Source of the DNA: a virus
DNA: 64,000 nt
Virus record (IMG/VR): IMGVR_UViG_3300012351_000009
Strand: one strand, 5' to 3'
A model generated the notes under the pieces. It was not told the origin of the DNA and did no database searches. It worked only from the letters and a program-made list of their open reading frames with translations. Shown here in pieces: positions 8,173-16,655 of this stretch; the first letter of the stretch is position 1; every line of letters starts with the position of its first letter. The position numbers and the translations under genes were made by a program.

Positions 8173-9197
8173 GTCGTGACAGCTCCTTGGAATATGCGTT
8201 CTCGGACAGCGGCACACAGCTCGGGACGGGAACGCAGCAGCGCGACTGCGGCGGGCTTGCCCTTGACCTTGGGCTCGCCGGGGAACGTGTAGTTGCCGGC
8301 TCCGTCCCTCTCGATCGCGCCCAGGCGGACGCCCACCGAGATGTACTCGTCGATCTCGTTGATGCCGGCCGGGCCGTACTCCCTGGTCGGCCGGTTGTTC
8401 ACCCAGAACTCGGCGATCCGGCCCGGCGGGCAGACCTTGCTGCGGGTCACCCGGGCCTTGAACTGCCGGCAGACGATCTCCGGCGGCTGGCCCTCCTCGA
8501 ACTGCATCTTGACCGGCTCCTGGCTGCCGCCGGACATGACGACGCGGGTGGTGGTGGCATGCTGCATGGCCTTGGGCCCGGCGCTGACATCGCCGCCCAT
8601 GGAGCCGATCTGCGCCCGCAGCTGGTTGACCAGGATCACGGTGGTCTTGTGCTGGCGGGTCAGCGAGCCCAGCTGCTTGCACATCCGCGTGACCACCTGC
8701 GCGTTGCGGCCCGGCAGCGGGTCGATCGCGTCCTTCTCCAGCGCCTTGCGCGACTCCATCGCGCCGATCGAGTCGAGCACGACCAGCGAGTACAGCCCGG
8801 ACTTGCAGAAATTCCGGACCTGATCCGAGGCGGTCTCGCTGTCGTCGGCGTACAGGTGGTCGAGCTGGTCCAGGTCCAGGCCATTAACCGCGGCCCAGTC
8901 GTCATCGAACGTTCCCTCCATGTCCACATACCCGATCCCCAGCTGGGGATACTGCAGCTGGGCCCGCGCCATGCCGTTGATGACGAGCGTGGTCTTCGCC
9001 GAGTCGGGCGGGCCCACCAGCTCGTGCACCCGGCCGCGGACCAGGCCGCCCTTGCGCAGCGCCCAGTCCAGCGTCAGGCTGCCGCTGGACAGCAGCTCGT
9101 ACGGGACGGGCTTGTCAGGGTGCGGCGCCACCCGGGCACCGTAGGCACTGACGAGCCCGTCCCGGAATTTCGCCAGCTCGCTCTGCCTAGGGGGCAA
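8169..9197 (-). CDS. recA: RecA/UvsX-like recombinase
   Basis: SSGSLTLDWAL, Walker A GPPDSAKTT, YVDMEG, LVVLDSIGAM, ILVNQLR, GPKAMQH. Confidence 0.92.
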   Translation of the reverse strand: MPPRQSELAKFRDGLVSAYGARVAPHPDKPVPYELLSSGSLTLDWALRKGGLVRGRVHELVGPPDSAKTTLVINGMARAQLQYPQLGIGYVDMEGTFDDDWAAVNGLDLDQLDHLYADDSETASDQVRNFCKSGLYSLVVLDSIGAMESRKALEKDAIDPLPGRNAQVVTRMCKQLGSLTRQHKTTVILVNQLRAQIGSMGGDVSAGPKAMQHATTTRVVMSGGSQEPVKMQFEEGQPPEIVCRQFKARVTRSKVCPPGRIAEFWVNNRPTREYGPAGINEIDEYISVGVRLGAIERDGAGNYTFPGEPKVKGKPAAVALLRSRPELCAAVRERIFQGAVTT

Positions 9198-9546
9198 CGG
9201 GCTCCTCCGGGTTCTCCAGCCGGATGATCTCCGGGCCCGGATCGATGACGGCGTACCCGTTAGCCTCCAGCAGCTCCTTCATCTTCTCCAGCCGGCGCCC
9301 GCGGATCAGCGCCGCTTCCTCCTCGGTGATGAAGGACTCCTTCAGCTCGATGTCACCGACCTCGATGCCATCGCGCCAGTCAATGACCTCGACCCGGCGC
9401 TCGATCACCGGCTCGCGGAACGCGGTGTCGGCCACCTCGACCACCAGCTTGACCGGGATCTCGCCGCGCTTCAGCGACGGCAGGCTCTTGGTCATCCGCT
9501 CGACCTTGTGCCGGCTGATGACCAGGAAGATCGTCTCGCGCATCAT
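9187..9546 (-). CDS. Hypothetical protein
   Basis: Track ORF, protein-like composition. Confidence 0.65.
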   Translation of the reverse strand: MMRETIFLVISRHKVERMTKSLPSLKRGEIPVKLVVEVADTAFREPVIERRVEVIDWRDGIEVGDIELKESFITEEEAALIRGRRLEKMKELLEANGYAVIDPGPEIIRLENPEEPVAP

Positions 9547-9722
9547 CAGGCCACCCTCGTCCCGGCCACGGCCTGATGCCGGATCAGGGCACGCGAGGCG
9601 CCGTCAATGCTCAGGTGCGGCCGGGTCAGGTGCCCGCAGCTGCACTCGGCACGGACCAGGACCAGCCAGGCCGGGCGTATGTCCACGAACCAGCAGGCAG
9701 GGGAGAGCCGGTAGACCTCCAT
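9546..9722 (-). CDS. Small hypothetical protein (MEVYRLSPACW...CSCGH)
   Basis: Manual translation; TGATG coupling on both sides. Confidence 0.45.
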   Translation of the reverse strand: MEVYRLSPACWFVDIRPAWLVLVRAECSCGHLTRPHLSIDGASRALIRHQAVAGTRVA

Positions 9723-9931
9723 CAGCCCGTTTTCTCCGCGGGCTGCGCGGGAAGTTCGCCGTCGGTGCCCTTCAGCGGCCCGCGCAGCAGCTTGCGCAGC
9801 CGGTTCAGGTCGTGCGCGGACAAGCTGGGCAGCACGCGCTCGATCTCAGCATCGGAGCACGACATGACGTACTTCAGGTGCGTCTCGCAGAAGTCGCCGT
9901 GGATCGGCACCCCCTTGCTGTGTGAACTCAC
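9722..9931 (-). CDS. Small hypothetical protein
   Basis: Track ORF overlapping the dnaE stop. Confidence 0.55.
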   Translation of the reverse strand: MSSHSKGVPIHGDFCETHLKYVMSCSDAEIERVLPSLSAHDLNRLRKLLRGPLKGTDGELPAQPAEKTG

Positions 9932-12900
9932 CCGAGCCTCCTTATGGCCTGCAGCCGGTTCGACATCTTCCTGCCGCCCTTAGCCTTGTAGTACGACCTC
10001 TCGGCGGTAGCCAGGACCAGGGTGCCCTCGGTCAGGAAACGCATGGCCGTCAGCAGGTCGGGCTCGCTTTCGTCCCGGGCGCCGAAGACGGCAATATCAA
10101 TATAGCTTGATTCCGTAGCCAGCGTGAGCCAGATCATCTGGCTGCCGGCGCGCGTGCGCGCAACCTGGCGGCGGGCGACCACCCCGGGCAGCAGGTAGCT
10201 CCCCGGCGGCAGGCTGGCCCAGTTCGTGCCGATCTCGCGGGCCAGGGCACGGCCGTTGTCCGTGATCTTGTCGAGCTGCTCGAACAGCGTCGGGGCCAGC
10301 CAGGTCCCGTAGATCTCGTGCTCCAGGTGCCACTGCTCGACCGCGTTGTAGGCCAGCGAGCCGTCCAGCTCCACCGGGTCCGGCGGCGAGTAGTTCCGGC
10401 AGGACCGGGTGCACCGGGCCGGCAGCGGCCGGATGACGGGCTTCAGCTCCTGGCCCCTCTTGCCGATCCGGACGGGCACCGGCTCATTCGCCCAGTCGAA
10501 GTGGCACGGCAGGCCGCCAGGGCCTGTGTGGGTCTCATCCTTGAAGATGCACCGGGTCAGGTCCCCGGCCCGCTCGGAGTCCAGGGAGCCCACCAGGGCC
10601 CTCCGCGACGGCACCAGGCTGTCCAGGGCGCCCGCGCGGGCCAGGGCGTAGACGATGCCCGCGTTGACGCCGGAGCGGGCGCAGAAGTCGTGCCAGGACC
10701 GGTACGGGTGGGTGACGGTCAGCCGGGCCAGGGCCGCCGGGCCGACGCCCTTGATCGCGTCCAGGCCGTAGCGCATCGAGATGCCCTCGGGCTCGAACCC
10801 GCTGACGTGCTGGTTGACATCCGGCGGCAGCACGACCACGCCGAGGCGCCGGGCCTCGGTCACGAACCCGGCGATCCGGTCCTTCTCATCGACCGTCGAG
10901 CAGATGGCCGCCAGGGTCTCGACCGGGTAGTGAGCCTTCAGCCATGCTGTCCAGTAGGCCAGCAGGCCGTAGGAGTAGGCGTGTGCAAGGTTGAAGGCAT
11001 AGCGGCCAAATTCGGCCATTTTTGCCCACAGAGCTTCCGCCTCAGCCCGGGGGATGCCGTTTGCCTGGCAGCGATCGGCGAACATCACGCCCGCCTCGTC
11101 GATCTTCTCGGTGAGCTTCTTGCCCAGCACCTTCCGGACGGCATCAGCTTCGGCCCCGTCATAACCCGCGAGCAGGGTGCAGGCACGCAGGATGTCTTCC
11201 TGGTAGAGCATCACCCCGAAACGGCCCTCAAGCGATTCCGCCAGGAGTGGATGTGGGTAACTGATGCCCTCCTTGCCCGCCCGCCGTCGCAGGTAGTTCT
11301 CGGACATGCCGGAATTACGGGGCCCGGGGCGGACCAGGGCGGTCACGTCAGCTAGCTCAGCCAGCGACCGCGGCTTCATCCGCCGGCACAGCTGCTGGCC
11401 CAGAGTGGTCTCGACCTGGAACATGCCGAGGGTGTGGCCGGTGCCGATCTCGTCCCAGACCTGGGGGTCCTCATACTCGGTGCGCCAGTGCGCGGGGTCC
11501 GGCCGCTCCCCGGTCCGGCGCTCGATCATGTCCAGGGCCAGCTGGATGGAGTCCAGCGTCCGGAGGGTGAGGAAGTCCAGCTTCAGCAGCCCGCCGGATT
11601 CGACGTCGCGGAAGTCCCACTGGCTGACCAGGGTGGGGTCGCTGGCCGAGGCGGTGCGCATCGGCAGCGTGCCCTCCAGCGGCTCGCTGGTCGAGACAAC
11701 CAGGCCGGCCGGGTGCTTGCCGTAGGAGCGCAGCCGGCCGACCAGCCGGCCCGCGGTCTCGAAGACGGCGGTGTAGCGCTCGATGAACGGCGCGAGCTGG
11801 TCGCCCACGGTCTCCATCAGCTCAGCCCAGGGCAGGCCGAGCCCGGCGGTGTGCGACTCGGCCTCATCGACGATCGCGGCGATCTCGCGCGAGTCGGGGA
11901 AGCACTCGGGCGGCAGCTGGTCGCTGTTCAGCACGAAGAGCTTGTTCAGGATCGACTTGGTGCGGTACCGCATGTTGGTGCCGACCCGGACCACGTTCGC
12001 GGCGCCGTACTTGCCGGCCATCCGGCGCTGCACCTTGTCCCGCTGGGAGCTGGGGAAATCCATGTCGAAGTCGGGCAGCGCGGTGCGGCCCGGGGTCAGG
12101 AACCGGCCGAACAGCAGCCCGGACTCCAGCGGGTCGGGGACCGTGATGCCCAGCAGGTAGCTCATCAGCGAGCCCGCCGCGCTGCCCCGGCCGGGGCCGA
12201 TCAGGATGTTCTCGCCGCGCGCCCAGGTGCACACGTCGTCGACCATCAGGTAGCAGCCCGCCAGGCGCTTGCTGGCGACCAGCTGCCACTCGTCGTCCAG
12301 CCTGTTCTCGTAGTCCCGCGCGGTGCCGCCCCGGAACGGGATGTGCCTCATGCGCGCCACGCACTGCTCCAGCAGGACCCGGGAGTCCTCCTCGTGGGTG
12401 CCGAGGAAGACCGGCGGCTCGGCGTGGATGTCGATCCGCGCGTCGCACTGCTCGGCGATCAGCACGGAGTTGCGCACCGCGGCGTCCACGACCCGCTTAT
12501 CGAGGTAGCCGAGCTTGGCGCGCACCTCGGCCTCGGTCTGCATGTGGCTGATCTGCCAGTAGTCCTCGTTGGTCGGCGAGGTCTGCAGGGCCATCCATGT
12601 CTTGTGCAGGCGGCCCTGGTCGCGAGCGGGGTAATGCGAGTCGGAGGCGGCCACCAGCGGGATGCCGGACTGCTCGGAGACCGCGGCGAGCAGCTTGTTG
12701 AGCCTGATCTGGTCTGGGATGTCGTTGGGCTGGATCTCCAGGTACAGGCGGCCCTTGAAAACGTTGCTCAGGCGCAGCAGGAACCCGCCGACAGCGGAGT
12801 AGTCCCTGGCCAGCGCCAGCTTGGAGATGACGCCGCCCAGGCAGGCCGTGGTGGCGATCAGCTCGCCGCCGTACTGCTCCAGCAGGTCCCAGTCGCACCG

Positions 12901-13269
12901 CGGCTTGTAGTAGAACCCGCTGACGAAGGCCTCGGTCGACAGCGCCCACAGATCCCGCAGGCCCCGGTTGTTCTGCGCGAGCAGGACGAGGTGCTTGTTG
13001 GCGCGCAGCCGCCTCTGGGCCTCGGCGTCGCCGGGTTCCGGCCGGTCGGCGCGGTAGGGGACGAAGTACGTTTCCATGCCGAAGATCGGCTTGACGCCCG
13101 CGAGGTCGGCCGCGCGCTGGAACTCCGGGTGCCCGGCGCAGGTGCCATGGTCGGTGACGGCCGCGGCCGGGTTGCCGTCATCTACTGCCCGCTGGATGAT
13201 CTCGTCGCAGGCCGACAGGCCGTCCAGGGCCGAGAACTCGCTATGGGAGTGAACGTGCACGAAGGTCAT
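9928..13269 (-). CDS. dnaE: DNA polymerase III alpha subunit
   Basis: PHP domain HVHSHSEFSALDG, GPGRGSAAGS, LPDFDMDF, KLDFL, YQED, FNLAHAYSY, OB-fold C-terminus. Confidence 0.97.
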   Translation of the reverse strand: MTFVHVHSHSEFSALDGLSACDEIIQRAVDDGNPAAAVTDHGTCAGHPEFQRAADLAGVKPIFGMETYFVPYRADRPEPGDAEAQRRLRANKHLVLLAQNNRGLRDLWALSTEAFVSGFYYKPRCDWDLLEQYGGELIATTACLGGVISKLALARDYSAVGGFLLRLSNVFKGRLYLEIQPNDIPDQIRLNKLLAAVSEQSGIPLVAASDSHYPARDQGRLHKTWMALQTSPTNEDYWQISHMQTEAEVRAKLGYLDKRVVDAAVRNSVLIAEQCDARIDIHAEPPVFLGTHEEDSRVLLEQCVARMRHIPFRGGTARDYENRLDDEWQLVASKRLAGCYLMVDDVCTWARGENILIGPGRGSAAGSLMSYLLGITVPDPLESGLLFGRFLTPGRTALPDFDMDFPSSQRDKVQRRMAGKYGAANVVRVGTNMRYRTKSILNKLFVLNSDQLPPECFPDSREIAAIVDEAESHTAGLGLPWAELMETVGDQLAPFIERYTAVFETAGRLVGRLRSYGKHPAGLVVSTSEPLEGTLPMRTASASDPTLVSQWDFRDVESGGLLKLDFLTLRTLDSIQLALDMIERRTGERPDPAHWRTEYEDPQVWDEIGTGHTLGMFQVETTLGQQLCRRMKPRSLAELADVTALVRPGPRNSGMSENYLRRRAGKEGISYPHPLLAESLEGRFGVMLYQEDILRACTLLAGYDGAEADAVRKVLGKKLTEKIDEAGVMFADRCQANGIPRAEAEALWAKMAEFGRYAFNLAHAYSYGLLAYWTAWLKAHYPVETLAAICSTVDEKDRIAGFVTEARRLGVVVLPPDVNQHVSGFEPEGISMRYGLDAIKGVGPAALARLTVTHPYRSWHDFCARSGVNAGIVYALARAGALDSLVPSRRALVGSLDSERAGDLTRCIFKDETHTGPGGLPCHFDWANEPVPVRIGKRGQELKPVIRPLPARCTRSCRNYSPPDPVELDGSLAYNAVEQWHLEHEIYGTWLAPTLFEQLDKITDNGRALAREIGTNWASLPPGSYLLPGVVARRQVARTRAGSQMIWLTLATESSYIDIAVFGARDESEPDLLTAMRFLTEGTLVLATAERSYYKAKGGRKMSNRLQAIRRLG

Positions 13270-13414
13270 GTGTCACCGCGAGACGCTGGGGCTCTTCATG
13301 GGAGCAGTAGCACCACAAGCTGGTACCGGGCACCATTCCCGGCGGCGGGTCAAGCAGGAGCGGGGCATTCTCGCACTCCAGGTGATCACCCTTGCGGCAC
13401 GGCTTGCAGATCAT
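13241..13414 (-). CDS. Small Cys/His protein (CKPC...CE...CYCSH)
   Basis: Probable start MICKPC at 13414. Confidence 0.5.
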   Translation of the reverse strand: MICKPCRKGDHLECENAPLLLDPPPGMVPGTSLWCYCSHEEPQRLAVTHDLRARSLP

Positions 13415-13578
13415 GCAATAAATCTTAAACAGGATGATCATGAACTGGGGCAAAGAGGCCGGAGCACCCGCGTGCACCCGGCCCCTCTGCCGCATTCCGC
13501 CGGCTGGTGCTCGGACGGAATCCCTGATCCCAGGATTCTCTAGGCGCTGCGCGCAAGAACCCCTTGGTAAAACCAGGC

Positions 13579-14481
13579 CTAGGTCGGCTGCGTCGAGAAC
13601 GCCTCGGCCATCTTGGCCTTCATCGCTGCAGCGTCCTCGTCGGACATGCTGGTCTCAGCCTCGGCGCTGGTGCCCTCGTCGCCCTCGTCCTCGTCGGCTT
13701 CCTCGTCCTTGTAGCTCGGGTCGAAGAACCGGCCGTAGTACTTCGCCGAGGACTGGTCGAGCAGGACCGCCTCGATCGAGATCTCCTTCAGCGCCATGGC
13801 CGCGGTGTACCGCTCCCAGGCCGTGGTGTTCGGGTGCAGGTCGGGGGTCTCGCGGCCGGCGGTGATGATGTAGTCGTTCTCGACGCGCTCGACGGAGAAG
13901 TCACGGTCGCAGATCGTGCCGGTCATGTACCCGGCGGCGCTGAAGGCGGCCCAGAAGTTCGACCAGCTCTGGCTGGCGATCACGATCTTCGGGATGTGGT
14001 GTATCGTGCCGTCCTCGGCCTTGAACTCCTCGATCTTGTCCTTGAAGCCGACGAGCTTGCCGCTGTCGTTCTTCATCTCCTCGCGGACGGCGAACAGGCC
14101 CCAGGTCTGGCTGACCGTGCGGGAGACCGGCTTCTTGAACTTGCCCATCACCTCGCTCATGTTCGCGTGGATGTAGCAGTCCCCGTAGCCGTCCTCGAAC
14201 TCATCGGTGACCTTGCCGTCGGCATCCCGGAGCCGGAAGGCATCGGCGTTGCGGCAGATCGCGGACATCTGCGCGGGCCACTTGTCCGCCTTGGCCTTCT
14301 TGGGCGCCGGCTTGGTCGGCACGCCCATGTGCACGTCGATCGGGATGATCTCGTCCAGGTCGGTCAGCGGCCGGAGGAACGTCTTGGTCCCCGGCTTGAT
14401 CTGGAGGAAGTCGGCCCGGCCGCTCGATGCGGCCTTGGCCGCGGCCTCAGCCTGCTCGGCGCCCTTGGCGAATGTTGGCAT
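13579..14481 (-). CDS. ssb: Single-stranded DNA-binding protein (gp32-like)
   Basis: DFLQIKPGTKTFLRPL N-terminus, strongly acidic tail DEEADEDEGDEG, position beside dnaE. Confidence 0.65.
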   Translation of the reverse strand: MPTFAKGAEQAEAAAKAASSGRADFLQIKPGTKTFLRPLTDLDEIIPIDVHMGVPTKPAPKKAKADKWPAQMSAICRNADAFRLRDADGKVTDEFEDGYGDCYIHANMSEVMGKFKKPVSRTVSQTWGLFAVREEMKNDSGKLVGFKDKIEEFKAEDGTIHHIPKIVIASQSWSNFWAAFSAAGYMTGTICDRDFSVERVENDYIITAGRETPDLHPNTTAWERYTAAMALKEISIEAVLLDQSSAKYYGRFFDPSYKDEEADEDEGDEGTSAEAETSMSDEDAAAMKAKMAEAFSTQPT

Positions 14482-15490
14482 GCTTGTCTCCTTGGCTCTG
14501 TGGCTCCCTGGCGAACTCCCACATGTCTACGGCGTCTGCTGCCAGCTGCGGTGTCGGCTCGCCACTTCCCAGCAATATTACTAGAGTATTTTGATCAGGG
14601 GCAGGCCTGATCGAGAAAGTTTCCGCATCACACAGGCCGACCGCGAACCGCACCGTCATGCCGCGCCGGGCGAATGCGCTGACCAGCAGGTGCTGCCATT
14701 CCTCCAGCTCGCGCACGCGGTACAGCGGCACGCCGTCAACCATGTCGCTGGTCCTGTCGTAGCGGGCCAGCGGATCGGAATACCAGGCCCACTGAGCACT
14801 CCAGGTGGCCCGGAGCGGGGAAGCAGGAAGCGAAGCTGGCGCCTTGGCCGCCTCCCCTTCCCCGCCGGGCCCGTCCGGCGGGTCGACGGAGAAACCCCAG
14901 TTCCCCAGCACGTCCTCCGGGGTGACACCGTGGAATCCCCGCGCGGCCATCGCCGAGGCGGCTTGCTGGGCAGCCCGCTTCAGCAGGGCCACCACGTCCT
15001 TGTCTTTCAGGAAGAGCGCACCGAAGGGCACCCGGTCGTACTCGCGCCTGATGCCCTCGTTCAGCAGCTGGCTCGCGGCGTAGGTCAGGGCGGCGCTGCC
15101 GCCGCCGATCAGCGCCCGGCTCTTCACCAGCGCGTCGCGGATCTCCTTGCGGGTGGCTTTCCAGTGCAGGCCCAGGCGGCGGTAGTAGCCGCAGACATCC
15201 CAGCACCACTCGGGCAGCACGGCCAGGACCTGGCTAGAGGAGCACGTATCCGGGCCGTAGCCGTGCTGGGTCAGCAGGCCGTCCCGGGTCTCACGCGTCT
15301 CGATCTCGCGCAGCACGCCGTAGCTGTCAGGTGCCGGATCGTCAAGGCGGATGCCGGTCGCCGTCCAGCGCCAGGGCTCATCACGATCAGGATGGACGAA
15401 CGTGACGATTCTGGTCGCACCCAGAAACCGCTGGTAGTGCCGCCGCTCCTCGGGAGTCAGGACCTGATCAAGATCGATCTCCTCGTTCAA
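14447..15490 (-). CDS. J-domain-like (DnaJ-like) protein
   Basis: YYRRLGLHWKATRKEIRDAL ... QLLNEGIRREYD match J-domain helices, but HPD is absent. Confidence 0.55.
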   Translation of the reverse strand: MNEEIDLDQVLTPEERRHYQRFLGATRIVTFVHPDRDEPWRWTATGIRLDDPAPDSYGVLREIETRETRDGLLTQHGYGPDTCSSSQVLAVLPEWCWDVCGYYRRLGLHWKATRKEIRDALVKSRALIGGGSAALTYAASQLLNEGIRREYDRVPFGALFLKDKDVVALLKRAAQQAASAMAARGFHGVTPEDVLGNWGFSVDPPDGPGGEGEAAKAPASLPASPLRATWSAQWAWYSDPLARYDRTSDMVDGVPLYRVRELEEWQHLLVSAFARRGMTVRFAVGLCDAETFSIRPAPDQNTLVILLGSGEPTPQLAADAVDMWEFAREPQSQGDKHANIRQGRRAG

Positions 15491-15493
15491 CAG

Positions 15494-15904
15494 CTAGCCC
15501 TGGTCTGCTGAGGCATTCTCCTGCGCCAGGGCTTCCTCGTCGTCGGCCTTCCAGGCGGGGTCGATCGTGGGGTTCTGCTGGGCCGTCTTGACGACACCAG
15601 CCATGCCGTCGGTCTCGGTGCCGGTGACCTGGCCGCTAGCAGTCTTCCGGATGGGCATCGCGTCCTCCTCGGGGTCTTCACCAGCGTACGCCGAGGGATC
15701 AGCCGGCGCCTCGGCCCAGGCGTAGCCGCATCGCGTGCACCGCTTGCACAGGTGCGGCTGGTGGATCCGGTACTTGGGGTCGGATTTCGGCCAGCAGGGC
15801 CAGCTGCCCAGGGTGGCCCTGTCATGAAAGACAACCAGGGTGTCTTCGTTCGAGCAAGCCGAGCAGGCGGAATCCGGGGCAAACGGAGGCAGCAGGACGC
15901 TCAT
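15494..15904 (-). CDS. Zn-ribbon hypothetical protein
   Basis: CSAC ... HLCKRCTRCGYAW. Confidence 0.65.
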   Translation of the reverse strand: MSVLLPPFAPDSACSACSNEDTLVVFHDRATLGSWPCWPKSDPKYRIHQPHLCKRCTRCGYAWAEAPADPSAYAGEDPEEDAMPIRKTASGQVTGTETDGMAGVVKTAQQNPTIDPAWKADDEEALAQENASADQG

Positions 15905-16284
15905 CAGGCCAGCTGACCAGGGGCCACGCAGGATCGCATCCGCGGATGATCACGGGCAAGCAGCACCGTGGACGTGAACACGCCGCTTCCCCGGGACCTG
16001 TTCCTGGCGCACCATCTCAGGAACAGCTCGCGCGGGCTCGGCTTACCAGGGGACGGGCGGACATCGGAGTAACTGCCAGCCTCCGTATCAGGCAGCGTCA
16101 TGATCAGCTGCTGGGCAAGGCGCTTGGGCTCCGCGACGGAGCACTCCCGCCAGGCGCCCGACTCGCAGATCATCCACGTTCCGTCCTTCCCCTTCCCCGG
16201 GAGGAACCTGAGCTGGCTGGCGAACCGGTCCACGAGCCTGTCGCACAGACCGAAATCGTCCCAGGGGTGAACCGTTACTGCCAT
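15904..16284 (-). CDS. Stand-alone D5_N-like protein, paralog of the primase-helicase middle domain
   Basis: WDDFGLCDRLVDR, WMICESGAW, GKPSPRELF, ARDHP align with WDDFGLGDRLVNR, WMICLNGAW, GKPSPRMLF, ARDHP in 16656..19217. Confidence 0.7.
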   Translation of the reverse strand: MAVTVHPWDDFGLCDRLVDRFASQLRFLPGKGKDGTWMICESGAWRECSVAEPKRLAQQLIMTLPDTEAGSYSDVRPSPGKPSPRELFLRWCARNRSRGSGVFTSTVLLARDHPRMRSCVAPGQLA

Positions 16285-16319
16285 ACCAATGATTTTAGCA
16301 CCGGCTATTGTCACCCTCT

Positions 16320-16655
16320 GTGACATCACAGTGCTCAAGTGCCCGGGAATGTACGACTTAGATTTTTCTGCACAGCACGAGCCCGGAAGCTACCCGAGTG
16401 CTCCGGATGTCCGGTTCGCTTCAAGATCATTTAGGAGTTTGGTCAAAAAAATCTATGTCGTACATTCCCGAGCACTTGAGCACTTTTTAGCCTATATCCG
16501 CAGGTCAAGTACAGTGCTCAAGCGTTTTTTAAGAGCACTTTTTGAGCACTTTTAGGTCCAGCGGTTAAGCACTGACTCACTGTTCAGTGCCTAGCCGCCA
16601 GCCGGATAGTGCTCAAAAAGTGCTCTGCTCAGGCTCTTAGAGCACTTTTCCCTGA
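16320..16655. other. Candidate replication origin: AT-rich, AGTGCT/AGCACT iterons and a long inverted repeat
   Basis: About a dozen AGTGCY/RGCACT copies in both orientations; arms 16330-16367 and 16444-16484, with a 27/28 match in the core. Confidence 0.7.
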
